NCBI GenBank assembly: GCA_965203355.1
Contig: OZ241889.1
Coordinates: forward strand, 640,001 to 704,000
Source of the DNA: Candidatus Latescibacterota bacterium
GTDB lineage: Bacteria; Latescibacterota; UBA2968; UBA8231
Length of the DNA: 64,000 bases
Reading direction: 5' to 3'
Position numbers and translations under genes: made by a program. Shown here one piece after another: positions 17,775 through 27,946 of the stretch (position 1 is the first letter of the stretch; every line of letters begins with the position of its first letter). The notes below the pieces were generated by a model, which made no database searches, was not told the origin of the DNA, and saw nothing but the letters and a program-made list of their open reading frames with translations.

Positions 17775-18587
17775 TCAGACCTTGACGCCAATCACGCCAA
17801 CCATGGGCGGCGATGCAATGCGAGCTTGCGGATCGAGGGCGTTTGCCTGCCATTCTTCCCAGTGCGCCGCGCACTCTTCCTCGCGCAAGACGCCGCGTAC
17901 CACAAGCTCGGGCAGATATACGCGCAGGAACCGCTCTATCCAGCACCAGATGCGGTCCCCCGGGCGGACCATACCGGCGATGGGAACGACCTCCACGACC
18001 TCCAAACCACACCGCGCCATCAGCTCCGGCAGCTTCCCGCCGATTTCCAATCCCTCGCCAAAACTCGCATGGACCGCCTGCAACACGCGTCGCAAGTGGG
18101 GATACCCAATCCGGGCGACAAACGCGCCATAAGCGCAGTAATCCACAATCGCGAAGCGACCGCCCGTTCTCAGCACTCGCGCCACCCGCTCTATCACCTC
18201 TTGCGGCTCCTCTATGAAACAGAACAACCAGCGGGCAAACGCAGCGTCCATAGAAGCGGCCGGCAGATCCAGGGTGCGGACATCCGCTACGGCGATCTCG
18301 ACTTGCCGCAAGCCGGCTGACGCGGCGCGACGCCGGAGAAAGTCCGCGAACTTCGGCGATCCATCAACCGCCAAAATGCGCCCGGCCGCCCCCACGCGCT
18401 CGGCCAGCTCTAAGCTGGTAAAACCCGGTCCGCAACCGAGATCGAGAATCGCCTGCCCAACGCTGAAATCGGCACGCTCCCACAAGTCTGTGGTCTCGGG
18501 GTGCCACGTGTGGTGCTGCGCCCGTAGGCGTCGCAGTTCCTCGTCGTCGGTCCCCAACAAATAATCGCGTTCGGCAGCGGTGCTCAC
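17775..18587 (-). CDS. class I SAM-dependent methyltransferase
   Basis: ILDLGCGPG, AVDGS, VLRTGGRF. Confidence 0.88.
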   Translation of the reverse strand: MSTAAERDYLLGTDDEELRRLRAQHHTWHPETTDLWERADFSVGQAILDLGCGPGFTSLELAERVGAAGRILAVDGSPKFADFLRRRAASAGLRQVEIAVADVRTLDLPAASMDAAFARWLFCFIEEPQEVIERVARVLRTGGRFAIVDYCAYGAFVARIGYPHLRRVLQAVHASFGEGLEIGGKLPELMARCGLEVVEVVPIAGMVRPGDRIWCWIERFLRVYLPELVVRGVLREEECAAHWEEWQANALDPQARIASPPMVGVIGVKV

Positions 18588-18593
18588 GGGTGC

Positions 18594-19814
18594 TTACTCC
18601 GGTGGCAAGACCAAGTACTCGCCCGTGCGGATCCCATAGCTCTCGCCGAGTTCCGGGTACGCGACCCCCGCTCGGCCATTCCAGTCCCAGACCACTTCGC
18701 CATCCTTGACCGTCAGCTCGCAAAACAGCCGCTGCTGGCCGTCCAACCGGCCATCGAAAGAATCGGCGTAGCCAAACTCTCCCTCCATCCGCTTCAAAGC
18801 CGCCACATCGGCCACGGCACCTACCGAGAGATGGCCCAACTCGGGGTGGCCAATCTCCTGCGCGGGGTTGATGGTTGAGGCGCGAATGACCTCCCCGAGC
18901 GGCATGCCCATCACCAAGAATTTCGACATGGTCGTCGCCATATCGAGCATACCCATATTCATGCAGAGGACGTGCAAGTCGGTCGAGATCGAGTCTGGGT
19001 AAAAGCCTTGGGCGATGGCTGGGACCGCATTGCGGAAACAGAAACTGCCGCCGCCGTGCCCCACGTCCAAGATGACGCCCCTGGCCCGCGCCTCGTGTAG
19101 ATAGGGCAACACCTTTCCCTCGGCATCAAACCACGGCGTCGGTCCGCGGAAGATGTGGGTGCTTATGTCGCCTCGGCGCAGTTTTTCGCCCAAGAGCTGG
19201 TAGTAGGGGCGTTCCTTTCTGAAGTAGCCAAAGTCGATCATCACCCGCGTCGCAGCCTTTTCAGCGGCCGCGAGTGCGCGATCGACCGAAACCCATTCAG
19301 GACCCATGTAGTGCGCCGTCTTGATGCCAACGACTACATCCTCGTTTTCGCGCGCCACGGCCGCTGTCTTGTCGGGATCCATGTCGTACGGGTTCTGCTC
19401 GTGGTCGGTAGAGGTCATCCCAGTCCCGGCGATATTGACCAGCGCGAAGAGCCGCGTCTGGCAGCGGTCGATTACCCGATAGCGAAAATCCTCAAAGTTA
19501 CGCCAGCCCGCGCTCCCGGTATCCACCATCGTCGTCACTCCAGTGCGGAAACTAAAGCCGTCGGGCAGGATGCTGTTGTCGCCAGCCCACGTATCGCGGT
19601 GGCCAGCCGTGGCATAGGCGTGGATGTGGACATCTACCAGCCCTGGCGTCACGTAGAGTCCGCTCACGTCGATGACCTGCCCTGCACCCTCGGTCGGCAA
19701 GTCCACATCTACAGCCGCGATCACCTGCCCTGTGATGCCGATGTCCTTGGGCGCGTCAATGCCGTTTTGGGGATCAATCAGATGACCGCCCTTGAGTACG
19801 AGATCAAACTGCAT
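18594..19814 (-). CDS. amidohydrolase/deacetylase family metallohydrolase (dihydroorotase-like)
   Basis: PGLVDVHIH, GVTTMVDTGS, GIK, DVGHGGGSF, ISTDLH, TINPA. Confidence 0.88.
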   Translation of the reverse strand: MQFDLVLKGGHLIDPQNGIDAPKDIGITGQVIAAVDVDLPTEGAGQVIDVSGLYVTPGLVDVHIHAYATAGHRDTWAGDNSILPDGFSFRTGVTTMVDTGSAGWRNFEDFRYRVIDRCQTRLFALVNIAGTGMTSTDHEQNPYDMDPDKTAAVARENEDVVVGIKTAHYMGPEWVSVDRALAAAEKAATRVMIDFGYFRKERPYYQLLGEKLRRGDISTHIFRGPTPWFDAEGKVLPYLHEARARGVILDVGHGGGSFCFRNAVPAIAQGFYPDSISTDLHVLCMNMGMLDMATTMSKFLVMGMPLGEVIRASTINPAQEIGHPELGHLSVGAVADVAALKRMEGEFGYADSFDGRLDGQQRLFCELTVKDGEVVWDWNGRAGVAYPELGESYGIRTGEYLVLPPE

Positions 19815-19874
19815 GGTTAAACTTCTCCGAGAAGGGGATGAAGGTTGAAAAATAAAAAACAGCGTCGCTTTTTG

Positions 19875-20948
19875 CTACGCGCCCAGCCGTCCGGCTCCAG
19901 CGTTGGGGCCGCAAGCTGCCTCCCCATGCGAAGGCAGCTTGCGCGTAAACCGCGCAAACAATGCTTTGAGCGCAGCGTCGCTACGCGCCACAAGGCTGGT
20001 CACGATCACGGTTGCCCAGACGCTGCGCCGCGAAATTTTAACCTGCTGCCCACTGGTAAAATCCGCGTGGGCGTGGATGCGGCGCAACGTCAGCACGGCC
20101 ATGCCCAACGCCCAAAGGCAGAACCGACGAATGCCAAGTTCGCGCTCGGGGATGAGCAACGTGAACGCGAGCGCATTACCGAGGTGCATCCGGGCCAAGC
20201 CGACTAGTTTGCCCAGTGCCGTGCGGAACGCGGCATTCGTCTGGCCGGCCTCAAGCGAGCGCAAGTCAAACCCGGCTTGCTGAAACACGTCGCGCGGCAA
20301 CCAACACGCACCGCGTGCCCGGTCGTCCCAGATGTCCTTGAGGATGTTGGTCATCTGCAAGCCCTGGCCGAACGACACGGCGAGTTGCAACAACCTCTCG
20401 CGCTGGCGGTCGATTTCCGCCGAATAATCGCAGAACAGCTCAGTGAGCATTTCGCCGACGACCCCAGCGACGTGATAGCAGTAGCGGTCGAGATGAGAGA
20501 GATCGTCTAGACCTTTGAGGCCCGGGCTTTGCTGGAACTCGGCCATGCCGTGCGACATGATCCGCACACAGCGCACGAGTGCGGTGCGCTGCCGCTCGGA
20601 AAACCCTTGCGTGAGCCGCAGCACCCTGGGGGTATTGGCCACAAGCTGGTGCTCGGCGGGCAACATGCTGTTGGACAGGCGCGGCGCGAGCTGCCCGGCG
20701 AATGGAGCGGGCGGCTCCTCTCCGGCAACGACCCGGACAAATCGCTCGGAAAACTCGCGTTTTTCACTGGCCGAAAGGATTGGATCGTCCTCGATCGTGT
20801 CGGCGATGCGGCACAGCAGATACGCGTTGCCAACGACATCGCGCAGGCCCGCTGGAAGCTGCGGAATGGTCAGCGCGAACGTGCGCGAAACCCCTTGTAG
20901 GATCGCGCCCTGCCATGCGAGATCAGCAGTGTGTTCGTCAGTCGTCAT
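19875..20948 (-). CDS. squalene/phytoene synthase family (single-enzyme squalene-synthase-like)
   Basis: VSRTFAL, YLLCRIADTIEDD, YCYHVAGVVG, GLQMTNILKDIWDD. Confidence 0.88.
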   Translation of the reverse strand: MTTDEHTADLAWQGAILQGVSRTFALTIPQLPAGLRDVVGNAYLLCRIADTIEDDPILSASEKREFSERFVRVVAGEEPPAPFAGQLAPRLSNSMLPAEHQLVANTPRVLRLTQGFSERQRTALVRCVRIMSHGMAEFQQSPGLKGLDDLSHLDRYCYHVAGVVGEMLTELFCDYSAEIDRQRERLLQLAVSFGQGLQMTNILKDIWDDRARGACWLPRDVFQQAGFDLRSLEAGQTNAAFRTALGKLVGLARMHLGNALAFTLLIPERELGIRRFCLWALGMAVLTLRRIHAHADFTSGQQVKISRRSVWATVIVTSLVARSDAALKALFARFTRKLPSHGEAACGPNAGAGRLGA

Positions 20949-21037
20949 GAGTGTCTCGACGTGGTTTGGTATAAAATATATTTTAAAGTGGCTCTATTAA
21001 CGAAACAGGCCCTATCAATACACGTTACTGAGAACTT

Positions 21038-21667
21038 GTGAAAATAGACCTTAACCATCGTTTCAAGGGCGTCAACTACATCGAGTCGCCCAATCAAGGC
21101 GACCTCTTTGCCCGCGGGCTACCGGACACCATCATCATTCATTATACAGCCAGCGCCAACGCCGAGTCGGCCATCCACACGCTCTGCGACCGAGAGCGCC
21201 AAGTCTCGGCTCACGTGGTCGTCGGCCGCGACGGTGCCGTGACCCAGCTTTTGCCCTTTAACACCGTTGGCTGGCACGCGGGCCGCAGCCAGTGGCGAGA
21301 CCGCACGAGCTTCAACCAGTACTCCATCGGCATCGAGATCGACAACGCAGGCCAGCTCTGGAAGCAAGACGGGCACTACGAGTCGTGGTTTGGACAGACG
21401 TATCCGGCCGCAGAGGTCGTGCGCGGCGCACACCGCAACCAGAACCTGCCCGGTGCCCATCCGCAGATCCGTCGGCCTGTTTGCTATTGGCATCGCTATG
21501 CACAAGTGCAACTCGATGTCGTCGAGGCCATTTGCGCCGCGCTGATTGCGGCCTACGGGATACGCTACATCCTCGGGCACGAAGAGATCGCCCCCGATCG
21601 CAAGGTCGATCCCGGCCCGGCCTTTCCGCTCGACGAAATGCGCACCCGGCTTTTGGCCATCGCCTAA
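21038..21667 (+). CDS. N-acetylmuramoyl-L-alanine amidase (Amidase_2)
   Basis: IIIHYTA, SAHVVV, GWHAG.S, SIGIEIDN, GHEEIAPDRKVDPGPAFP. Confidence 0.92.
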   Translation: MKIDLNHRFKGVNYIESPNQGDLFARGLPDTIIIHYTASANAESAIHTLCDRERQVSAHVVVGRDGAVTQLLPFNTVGWHAGRSQWRDRTSFNQYSIGIEIDNAGQLWKQDGHYESWFGQTYPAAEVVRGAHRNQNLPGAHPQIRRPVCYWHRYAQVQLDVVEAICAALIAAYGIRYILGHEEIAPDRKVDPGPAFPLDEMRTRLLAIA

Positions 21668-21713
21668 CAGCGGTTCGTCGCCCAGGCGATGCATCGCAGG
21701 AGACGCGAAACCT

Positions 21714-22694
21714 TTGGCAGCACAAGCACCCGCCATTGATGTCCGCGAATTGAGCAAGACCTATGCGGTCCCCGTGCGCGAAGGCGGCTTGGCCGCGGCG
21801 CTCAAGAGCCTCGTGCAGCGCCAGATGCGTCACGTCGAAGCGGTCAAGCAGATCAGCTTTGCGGTCGCTCCCGGCGAGATGGTCGGCTTTTTGGGACCCA
21901 ATGGCGCGGGCAAGACCACCAGCCTCAAGATGCTTTCGGGCCTACTACACCCTTCCGGTGGACAAGGGCGAGTCCTCGGTTTTGAGCCATTCAAACGGCA
22001 GCGCGATTTCCTCCGCCAGATCACCTTGGTGATGGGCAATCGCAACCAGCTACTGTGGGACATCCCCGTAATCGACTCCTTTGAGCGCAACCGAGCCATC
22101 TATCGTCTAGAGCGGAGCGCGTACCGGCAAACGGTTGAAGAATTGACCGTGCTTCTCGACTTAGACGCGCTCCTCGACAAGCCCGTGCGCAACCTCTCCT
22201 TGGGCGAGCGTATGAAGTGCGAAATTGCCGCCGCGCTTTTACACAAGCCGCAAGTCCTCTTCCTCGACGAGCCGACCATCGGCCTCGACGTGACCATGCA
22301 GCGGCGGATCCGCGCCTTTTTAACCGAATACAATCAGCGCTACCGAGCCACTGTGCTTCTCACCAGTCACTACATGGCCGACGTCGAGGCTTTGTGCAAA
22401 CGGGTCGTGGTCATCCACCGCGGCCTGCTGCTGTTTGACGGCCAACTCACCGAGCTTGTGCAGCGTTTCTCACCGCACAAGACGATCATCGTCGAGCTGG
22501 AAAACGGGCACGGTGACCTCGGCGGCTATGGGGAGATCGTCGCCAGTAGCGCAGGGCGCGTATCGCTGCGAGTGCCCAAGGCCGAGACAGCGCAGGTGAC
22601 CGGACGGATCCTCAGCGAGCAACCTGTTCTCGACCTGACGGTGGAGGACCCGCCGATTGAGGACGTGATCGAGGAGGTCTTTGAACGCGCATGA
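21714..22694 (+). CDS. ABC exporter ATP-binding protein
   Basis: GPNGAGKT, LSLGERMK, FLDEPT, SHYM; AGGAGA RBS before TTG 21714. Confidence 0.92.
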   Translation: MAAQAPAIDVRELSKTYAVPVREGGLAAALKSLVQRQMRHVEAVKQISFAVAPGEMVGFLGPNGAGKTTSLKMLSGLLHPSGGQGRVLGFEPFKRQRDFLRQITLVMGNRNQLLWDIPVIDSFERNRAIYRLERSAYRQTVEELTVLLDLDALLDKPVRNLSLGERMKCEIAAALLHKPQVLFLDEPTIGLDVTMQRRIRAFLTEYNQRYRATVLLTSHYMADVEALCKRVVVIHRGLLLFDGQLTELVQRFSPHKTIIVELENGHGDLGGYGEIVASSAGRVSLRVPKAETAQVTGRILSEQPVLDLTVEDPPIEDVIEEVFERA

Positions 22695-23494
22695 GAGGGC
22701 TGGCCGACATCTACTCCACGCTCTTTCGCACCGATCTGGCCATGCAGTTCCAGTACCGGGCAGAGATGGTGATCTGGCTGATCGGGCGCATCGTCGATAC
22801 GCTGGTCTTCCTTTCCGTGTGGACCGCGGTAGCCCGCTCCAAAGGCGGGCAAGTGGGAGACTTCGCCAGCGGGGACTTCGCCGCCTACTACATCATCATG
22901 ATGATGATGGGACACCTGACCTTTACTTGGTTCATGTTCGAGTTTGAATATCGGGTGCGGTCGGGCACCTTCTCGCCACTCCTGATTCAGCCCTTGCACC
23001 CGATCCATCGCGACATCGCCCAGAATATCTCCTATAAATTCCTAACCCTAGCGGTCATGCTGCCGACGGTGGGGCTGATGGTCTGGATTTTCGATCCGGT
23101 CTTCAACCCGCCGACTTGGGCAATTTGGGCTGCGATACCCGTCGTCCTGCTGGCGTTCCTGATGCGCTTTTTCGTCGAGTGGGCACTGGCTTTAGTAGCT
23201 CTGTGGACCACGCGCACGGCCGCAGCCAACCAACTCTACTTCGCGGCCTTGCTTTTCTTTTCGGGCCAGATGGCACCGCTGTCGCTGTTGCCCGAGTGGC
23301 TCCAGACGTTGGCCGCGCTGTTGCCTTTCCGCTGGATGCTGGCCTTTCCCACCGAGCTTCTGCTCGGGCGGCTCACGCCCCCCGAAGTGCTCTGGGGCGC
23401 GGCAACGCAGGTGGCGTGGCTGGGGCTGAGTTGGGGAATTATGGCTGTGGTCTGGTCGCGCGGTGTGCGCCGATACTCGGCGGTCGGCTCGTGA
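22691..23494 (+). CDS. ABC-2 family permease (DUF990-type)
   Basis: Multiple TM helices, QYRA, FSGQMAPLSLLPEW; coupled to the ATPase. Confidence 0.87.
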   Translation: MRGLADIYSTLFRTDLAMQFQYRAEMVIWLIGRIVDTLVFLSVWTAVARSKGGQVGDFASGDFAAYYIIMMMMGHLTFTWFMFEFEYRVRSGTFSPLLIQPLHPIHRDIAQNISYKFLTLAVMLPTVGLMVWIFDPVFNPPTWAIWAAIPVVLLAFLMRFFVEWALALVALWTTRTAAANQLYFAALLFFSGQMAPLSLLPEWLQTLAALLPFRWMLAFPTELLLGRLTPPEVLWGAATQVAWLGLSWGIMAVVWSRGVRRYSAVGS

Positions 23495-24276
23495 ACTACT
23501 TGCGGCTCCTGTGGGTCTTCCTGCGCGTCGGCGCGATGAACGAGCTGGCGTACCGAGCCAATTTCTGGGTGCAGCTCTTGCAGAGCTTGCTCAACTTGGG
23601 CGTCGCGCTGGCGGGCTTAGCGGTGATTTTTTCGCACACCGAGGAACTAGGCGGTTGGCAACCGGCCGAGTTGGTAGCACTCTTGGGGGTGTTCTTCCTG
23701 ATGAGCGGCCTGATTGGCGCGCTGATTCAGCCATCCATGCAGCGCTTTATGGAGGACATTCGCCTAGGCACGCTGGACTTTACCCTCACTAAGCCGGAAG
23801 ATGCACAAGTGCTAGTGAGCATCGGCGAGGTGCGGGTCTGGAAGTTCTTGGACGTAGTGCAGGGAATGATCCTGATTGCCGTGGCAATCGTCGAAATCGG
23901 GATGCAGACGAGCCTGGCCCACTCCGCGGGATTTGCCCTGACGCTTGCGGCTGGCGTGGCAATCGTCTACAGTTTTTGGCTGGTACTAGCAACGACCGCG
24001 TTTTGGTTTATCCGCGCGGAGAACATCCTCGTCATCTTCCAAGCCGTTTACAGTGCTGGCAAGTATCCAGTGGCCATCTATCCGCGCTGGCTCAAGCTGG
24101 CGATGACTTTTCTGGTGCCGGTGGCCTTTGCGGTGACCGTGCCTTCGGAAGCCTTGGTGGGGAGGTTGTCGCCCGCGGTGTTGGGGGGCGCATTGGCGAT
24201 GGCCGGGGGCATGTTGGTGGGAGCGCGGGCGTTTTGGTTGTGGGGGGTGCGGCACTATTCAGGAGCGTCGGCCTAG
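23491..24276 (+). CDS. ABC-2 family permease (DUF990-type), second subunit
   Basis: YRANF, GTLDFTLTKP, GKYPVAIYP; GTG overlaps the previous stop. Confidence 0.87.
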   Translation: MNYLRLLWVFLRVGAMNELAYRANFWVQLLQSLLNLGVALAGLAVIFSHTEELGGWQPAELVALLGVFFLMSGLIGALIQPSMQRFMEDIRLGTLDFTLTKPEDAQVLVSIGEVRVWKFLDVVQGMILIAVAIVEIGMQTSLAHSAGFALTLAAGVAIVYSFWLVLATTAFWFIRAENILVIFQAVYSAGKYPVAIYPRWLKLAMTFLVPVAFAVTVPSEALVGRLSPAVLGGALAMAGGMLVGARAFWLWGVRHYSGASA

Positions 24277-24329
24277 CGATCAGTCCATTTTGCATTCTCG
24301 CAGGAAGGGGTAACAGAGGGGTAACAGAC

Positions 24330-25346
24330 ATGAGTGACGGACAAAGCAGTATGCACGTCGGAGTGCAGGGGATCGGGACCTCAAAGATGGAGTTGGAGTT
24401 TCTGGTGCGACACGGGGTGACCCACATGGACGCCCTTGTTGAGGACAACGAGGTCGAGACCTTAGTGCGGCACAAAGAAGAGGCGGCTGAGTACGGGGTG
24501 AGTATGGAGTCGCTCCACATCCGCGTACCCAAAAGCATCACGCTGGCGCAAGACCCACAGCGCGACCGGGACCTCGACGAGGTCTGCCGCTGGATCGAAA
24601 ACGCGGGCAAGGCCGGCCTGCGGGCCTTGCTCTACAACTTCTGCATCCTGCCACACCAGCGCACCGAATCCACGCCCGGGCGCGGGGGCGTGACGTACAG
24701 CTCGTTTGACCTCGCGAAATTCGACAACCAAACGCTGAGCGAGGCGGGCATAGTCAGCCGCGAAGAGGCGTTTGAGCGGGCGGCCTATTGGCTGGAGCGC
24801 GTGATTCCGGTCGCCGAGGAAAACAAGGTCCAGCTAGCCTGCCATCTCGACGACCCGCCCGCTCCGGTACTGCGCGGCGTCGAGCGCTGGAACTGGCCGG
24901 TGATGGAGGGGCTCAAGCGTTTTTCCGAGCTGGTCGACAGCCCGTATCACGGCTTTAACTTTTGCTGCGGCGTGGCATCGGAAGGGCTGGAGAATCCGGC
25001 CGAGGAACTCTGCGCCATCGTGCGCTACTTCGGCGAGCGCAAGAAACTCTTCAACATCCACTACCGCAACATCAAGGGCGGGTTGCACAACTTCCAAGAA
25101 GTCTGGCCCGACGAAGGCGACGTGGACATGCACGAGGTGGCGCGCACCCTGAGGGACGTAGGCTATGAATACATGCTGATGCCCGACCACGCGCCGTCCC
25201 ACCCCGACGACAAGGCTCCCGAGGGCGTATCGGGCCGCGTACGCCAAGCTTGGGCGTTTCAGTTCGGATATATCATCGCCATGATCCAAGCGGTGAACAA
25301 AGAGCGGTCCGGCCGCAGTATTGGGGCCGCAGTGCCAGCGGCCTAG
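24330..25346 (+). CDS. uxuA: mannonate dehydratase (UxuA) family protein
   Basis: YNF, VIPVAEENKVQLACHLDDPP, FCCG, HYRN, DEGDVDM, MPDHAP, AFQFGYI. Confidence 0.75.
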   Translation: MSDGQSSMHVGVQGIGTSKMELEFLVRHGVTHMDALVEDNEVETLVRHKEEAAEYGVSMESLHIRVPKSITLAQDPQRDRDLDEVCRWIENAGKAGLRALLYNFCILPHQRTESTPGRGGVTYSSFDLAKFDNQTLSEAGIVSREEAFERAAYWLERVIPVAEENKVQLACHLDDPPAPVLRGVERWNWPVMEGLKRFSELVDSPYHGFNFCCGVASEGLENPAEELCAIVRYFGERKKLFNIHYRNIKGGLHNFQEVWPDEGDVDMHEVARTLRDVGYEYMLMPDHAPSHPDDKAPEGVSGRVRQAWAFQFGYIIAMIQAVNKERSGRSIGAAVPAA

Positions 25347-25368
25347 GGCAGAACCGGAAATCCGCGGC

Positions 25369-26274
25369 ATGTCGATTCATTGGCTTAGATCAGTACTATT
25401 GCTGGCCCTGCTCAGCTCGTTTAGCGGAGCTCAGTCCCGAGCAGAACAGGCCTTGAGGCGGGACATGCAGGCGTTGGAGGAGTTCGTCTTTCTAGTGGGC
25501 TTAGCCAGTGGAGCGGCTCTACTGGTCTCGCTCGGGCTACTCGTTGCGCGGTGGCGGATGGGAACGGTGCGGGCGCGGTGCTTTGTCTTGCGCGGCGACG
25601 AGGGCCAACCAATCGCTCAATTGGTGCAAGGCCCTAATGGCGGCGGCGAGTTGGAGATGAGAGATGCCGACGGTGAAATCACCGCGGTGCTGGGCAGTGG
25701 ACTTAAGTTGTGCGGCCAATCAGGGCAGGTGCGAGCCGACTTGCGGATGGAGAGCGATAAGGCCCCACTGCTGGAACTCTACGATGACCAAGGCGAAGTG
25801 CGGGCCAGCCTTTCGCTGAGCGAGGACGGGGCCGGCAGTTTGGCCTTTTACGACGAAAAAGGGCAGCCTCGCACGGGCCTGGGCAGCGGCCACGCCGGCG
25901 CAATGCGGCTGAGTTTCTTCGACAAGCAAGGACGGTTGCGGCTGCAAAGCGGCATTGAGGACGAAGAGACTCCCTCGCTCAAACTCTACGATGACCAAGG
26001 CGAAGTGCGAGCCACCTTGAGTGTGCAGGCCACCGATGGCATGACCCTGCTCGAAATGCGCGACCAAAACGGCCACACGCGCACCATCGTCGGGGTACTA
26101 GAAGAGGGAATCGCTTGGCTTGGAGTTCTCGACGAGGAACAGCGTTTCCGCGCGGGCTTAGGCGCCCCGACCCTCGGCAATCCCAAGCTGGACTTCTACG
26201 ACGAAGCCGGGGAGACGCGGGCCTCCTTGCACATCGACAACCAAGGCCGCTTTAAGACCGAGCCGGATTCTTAG
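25369..26274 (+). CDS. membrane-anchored hypothetical protein with ~10 tandem 22-23 aa beta-hairpin-like repeats
   Basis: Signal/TM segments, then repeats of the form L.(L/F)YD..G.(V/P)R(A/T).L; exact 28-bp DNA repeat at 25775 and 25982. Confidence 0.7.
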   Translation: MSIHWLRSVLLLALLSSFSGAQSRAEQALRRDMQALEEFVFLVGLASGAALLVSLGLLVARWRMGTVRARCFVLRGDEGQPIAQLVQGPNGGGELEMRDADGEITAVLGSGLKLCGQSGQVRADLRMESDKAPLLELYDDQGEVRASLSLSEDGAGSLAFYDEKGQPRTGLGSGHAGAMRLSFFDKQGRLRLQSGIEDEETPSLKLYDDQGEVRATLSVQATDGMTLLEMRDQNGHTRTIVGVLEEGIAWLGVLDEEQRFRAGLGAPTLGNPKLDFYDEAGETRASLHIDNQGRFKTEPDS

Positions 26275-26289
26275 CGCTGGGAGAACGCC

Positions 26290-27501
26290 GTGGATATAGC
26301 GGGGAAAAGTCTGCTCGCTCTCAGAGACCACTATCGGCATTACCTCTTTGAAGAGTACCTGCCCTTTTGGGACCAGTACGGGATAGACCACGAGCTGGGC
26401 GGGTTTATCTGCGCTCTGGATCACGACGGCACGTGCGTAGAAGATAGAAAAAACATGTGGTATCAGGGGCGCGGTTTGTGGACCTATTCGTATCTGTACC
26501 AGCACTTTGGCGGGGAGGAATTCTTGCAGGTGGCGCGCAAGGCCCGCGATTTTCTTCTCGCGCATGGCCGAGACCGCGCCGGCGATTGGGTAACGGCGTT
26601 GGATCGGCGGGGGCGGGTCATCTCGCCGGCCACGCAGAGGGGCTACGAGGGTCTTTTCGTCGCCGAAGGGCTACAAGCCTACGCCCGGGCAACCGGCGAC
26701 GCAGAGGCCCTTGAAACGGCCATCGCCAGCCTCTGGCAGTCGGTTTCTCTTTTTGACGATCCCGAGCGCCTCGCAGAGGAAAGTTATATCCCGCACAACT
26801 ATCGAGGTATGCGGATACTGGGCAACCACATGGTGCTCGTGTTGGTTCTGACCCAGCTACTCGAACAGGTTGCCGACCCCAAGTTGGAAGCCCTCGCCGA
26901 CCGAGTCGTCGATGCGATTGTCCACCGCTTCTGGCATCCCGAGTACCGCTTGATGAACGAGGCCCTAGACCACGAGTACAGACGGCCCGACGACCCCAAC
27001 GAGGACTTCATCTACCTGGGCCACGCCATCGAGACGCTGTGGATGCTCCTGCCCGAGGCGATGCGCCGCAGCGATCGCGTGCTCTTTGATCTGGCCGCTG
27101 CGCGCTTCCGCCGCCATCTCGAAGTGGCTTGGGATGACGTCTATGGCGGGCTTTTCCGCGCGATGCACGTCCGCGGTGCCTACACCTTCGACAAGGTGCT
27201 CTGGTTGCAGGAAGAGGCCCTGATCGGCTGTCTGATTCTGCTGGAGCACACCGGGCAGGAGTGGGCCGGGGAGTGGTTCGGACGAGTTTTCGATTACGTA
27301 GAAGAGCGGTTTTCGCTCAAGCAGTACGGGTATCCATTGTACTTGTATAGTGGGGACCGCAAGGTGAATTATACTGCCCACGTCTCCCGCAAAGAACACT
27401 ACCACCATCCGCGTTGCGTGATGCAGAACTTACTAGCGTTGGAGAGGATGATCGCACGGGATGGAGCCGTATCGGACTTCTGGAGCGCGGCAACAAGCTA
27501 A
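26290..27501 (+). CDS. AGE-family epimerase (N-acylglucosamine 2-epimerase-like)
   Basis: LPFW..GIDHELGGF, WYQGRGLW, NHM, GHAIETLW, AWDDVYGG, KVLWLQEE, YHHPR. Confidence 0.88.
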   Translation: MDIAGKSLLALRDHYRHYLFEEYLPFWDQYGIDHELGGFICALDHDGTCVEDRKNMWYQGRGLWTYSYLYQHFGGEEFLQVARKARDFLLAHGRDRAGDWVTALDRRGRVISPATQRGYEGLFVAEGLQAYARATGDAEALETAIASLWQSVSLFDDPERLAEESYIPHNYRGMRILGNHMVLVLVLTQLLEQVADPKLEALADRVVDAIVHRFWHPEYRLMNEALDHEYRRPDDPNEDFIYLGHAIETLWMLLPEAMRRSDRVLFDLAAARFRRHLEVAWDDVYGGLFRAMHVRGAYTFDKVLWLQEEALIGCLILLEHTGQEWAGEWFGRVFDYVEERFSLKQYGYPLYLYSGDRKVNYTAHVSRKEHYHHPRCVMQNLLALERMIARDGAVSDFWSAATS

Positions 27502-27944
27502 AGAAGCGTTCGCAGCTCGTCGTATCGCGGCACTTGGTTGAGAAAGCCGCGATCAGCGACATAGCAATAGTGGACCAAGCCATTGGTGACCAAAAGACAG
27601 CGTGCCTGAACCACGCGGTTGTACGCGGCAACTTGGTCAAAGGTCTCCTGACTGATGGAGACCTCCGGCTCCTTGCACTCAGCCATTAGCACGGCCCGGC
27701 CCGTGCGGTCGTGGACGATCACATCGGCGCGAAATCGCTTGCCGTGGAGGTCAATGCTTTTCTCAATGGCGATCAACCCGCGCGGGTAGCCCAAGTTCGA
27801 GATTAGGTATTGCACCAAGTGTTGCCGCACCCACTCCTCGGGCGTCAATCGCACGTACTTGCGGCGCAACGGGTCGAGTATCGCGCGCTTGCCTTCGACT
27901 TGGCGGATGTCAAACGCGGCGGCCGGGAGGTTGAGGCGCTGCAT
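27498..27944 (-). CDS. stand-alone type I restriction HsdR N-terminal domain protein
   Basis: ILDPLRRKYVRLTPEEWVRQH, RADVIV, MAECK, TNG. Confidence 0.88.
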   Translation of the reverse strand: MQRLNLPAAAFDIRQVEGKRAILDPLRRKYVRLTPEEWVRQHLVQYLISNLGYPRGLIAIEKSIDLHGKRFRADVIVHDRTGRAVLMAECKEPEVSISQETFDQVAAYNRVVQARCLLVTNGLVHYCYVADRGFLNQVPRYDELRTLL

Positions 27945-27946
27945 GG

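Noticed and set aside
24306-24327. AGGGGTAACAG x2 before uxuA
   Set aside because: A trivial duplication of the RBS region with no further support.
27498-27944. Type I restriction-modification or defence system
   Set aside because: Only the common stand-alone HsdR N-terminal domain is present, with no hsdM/hsdS or helicase.
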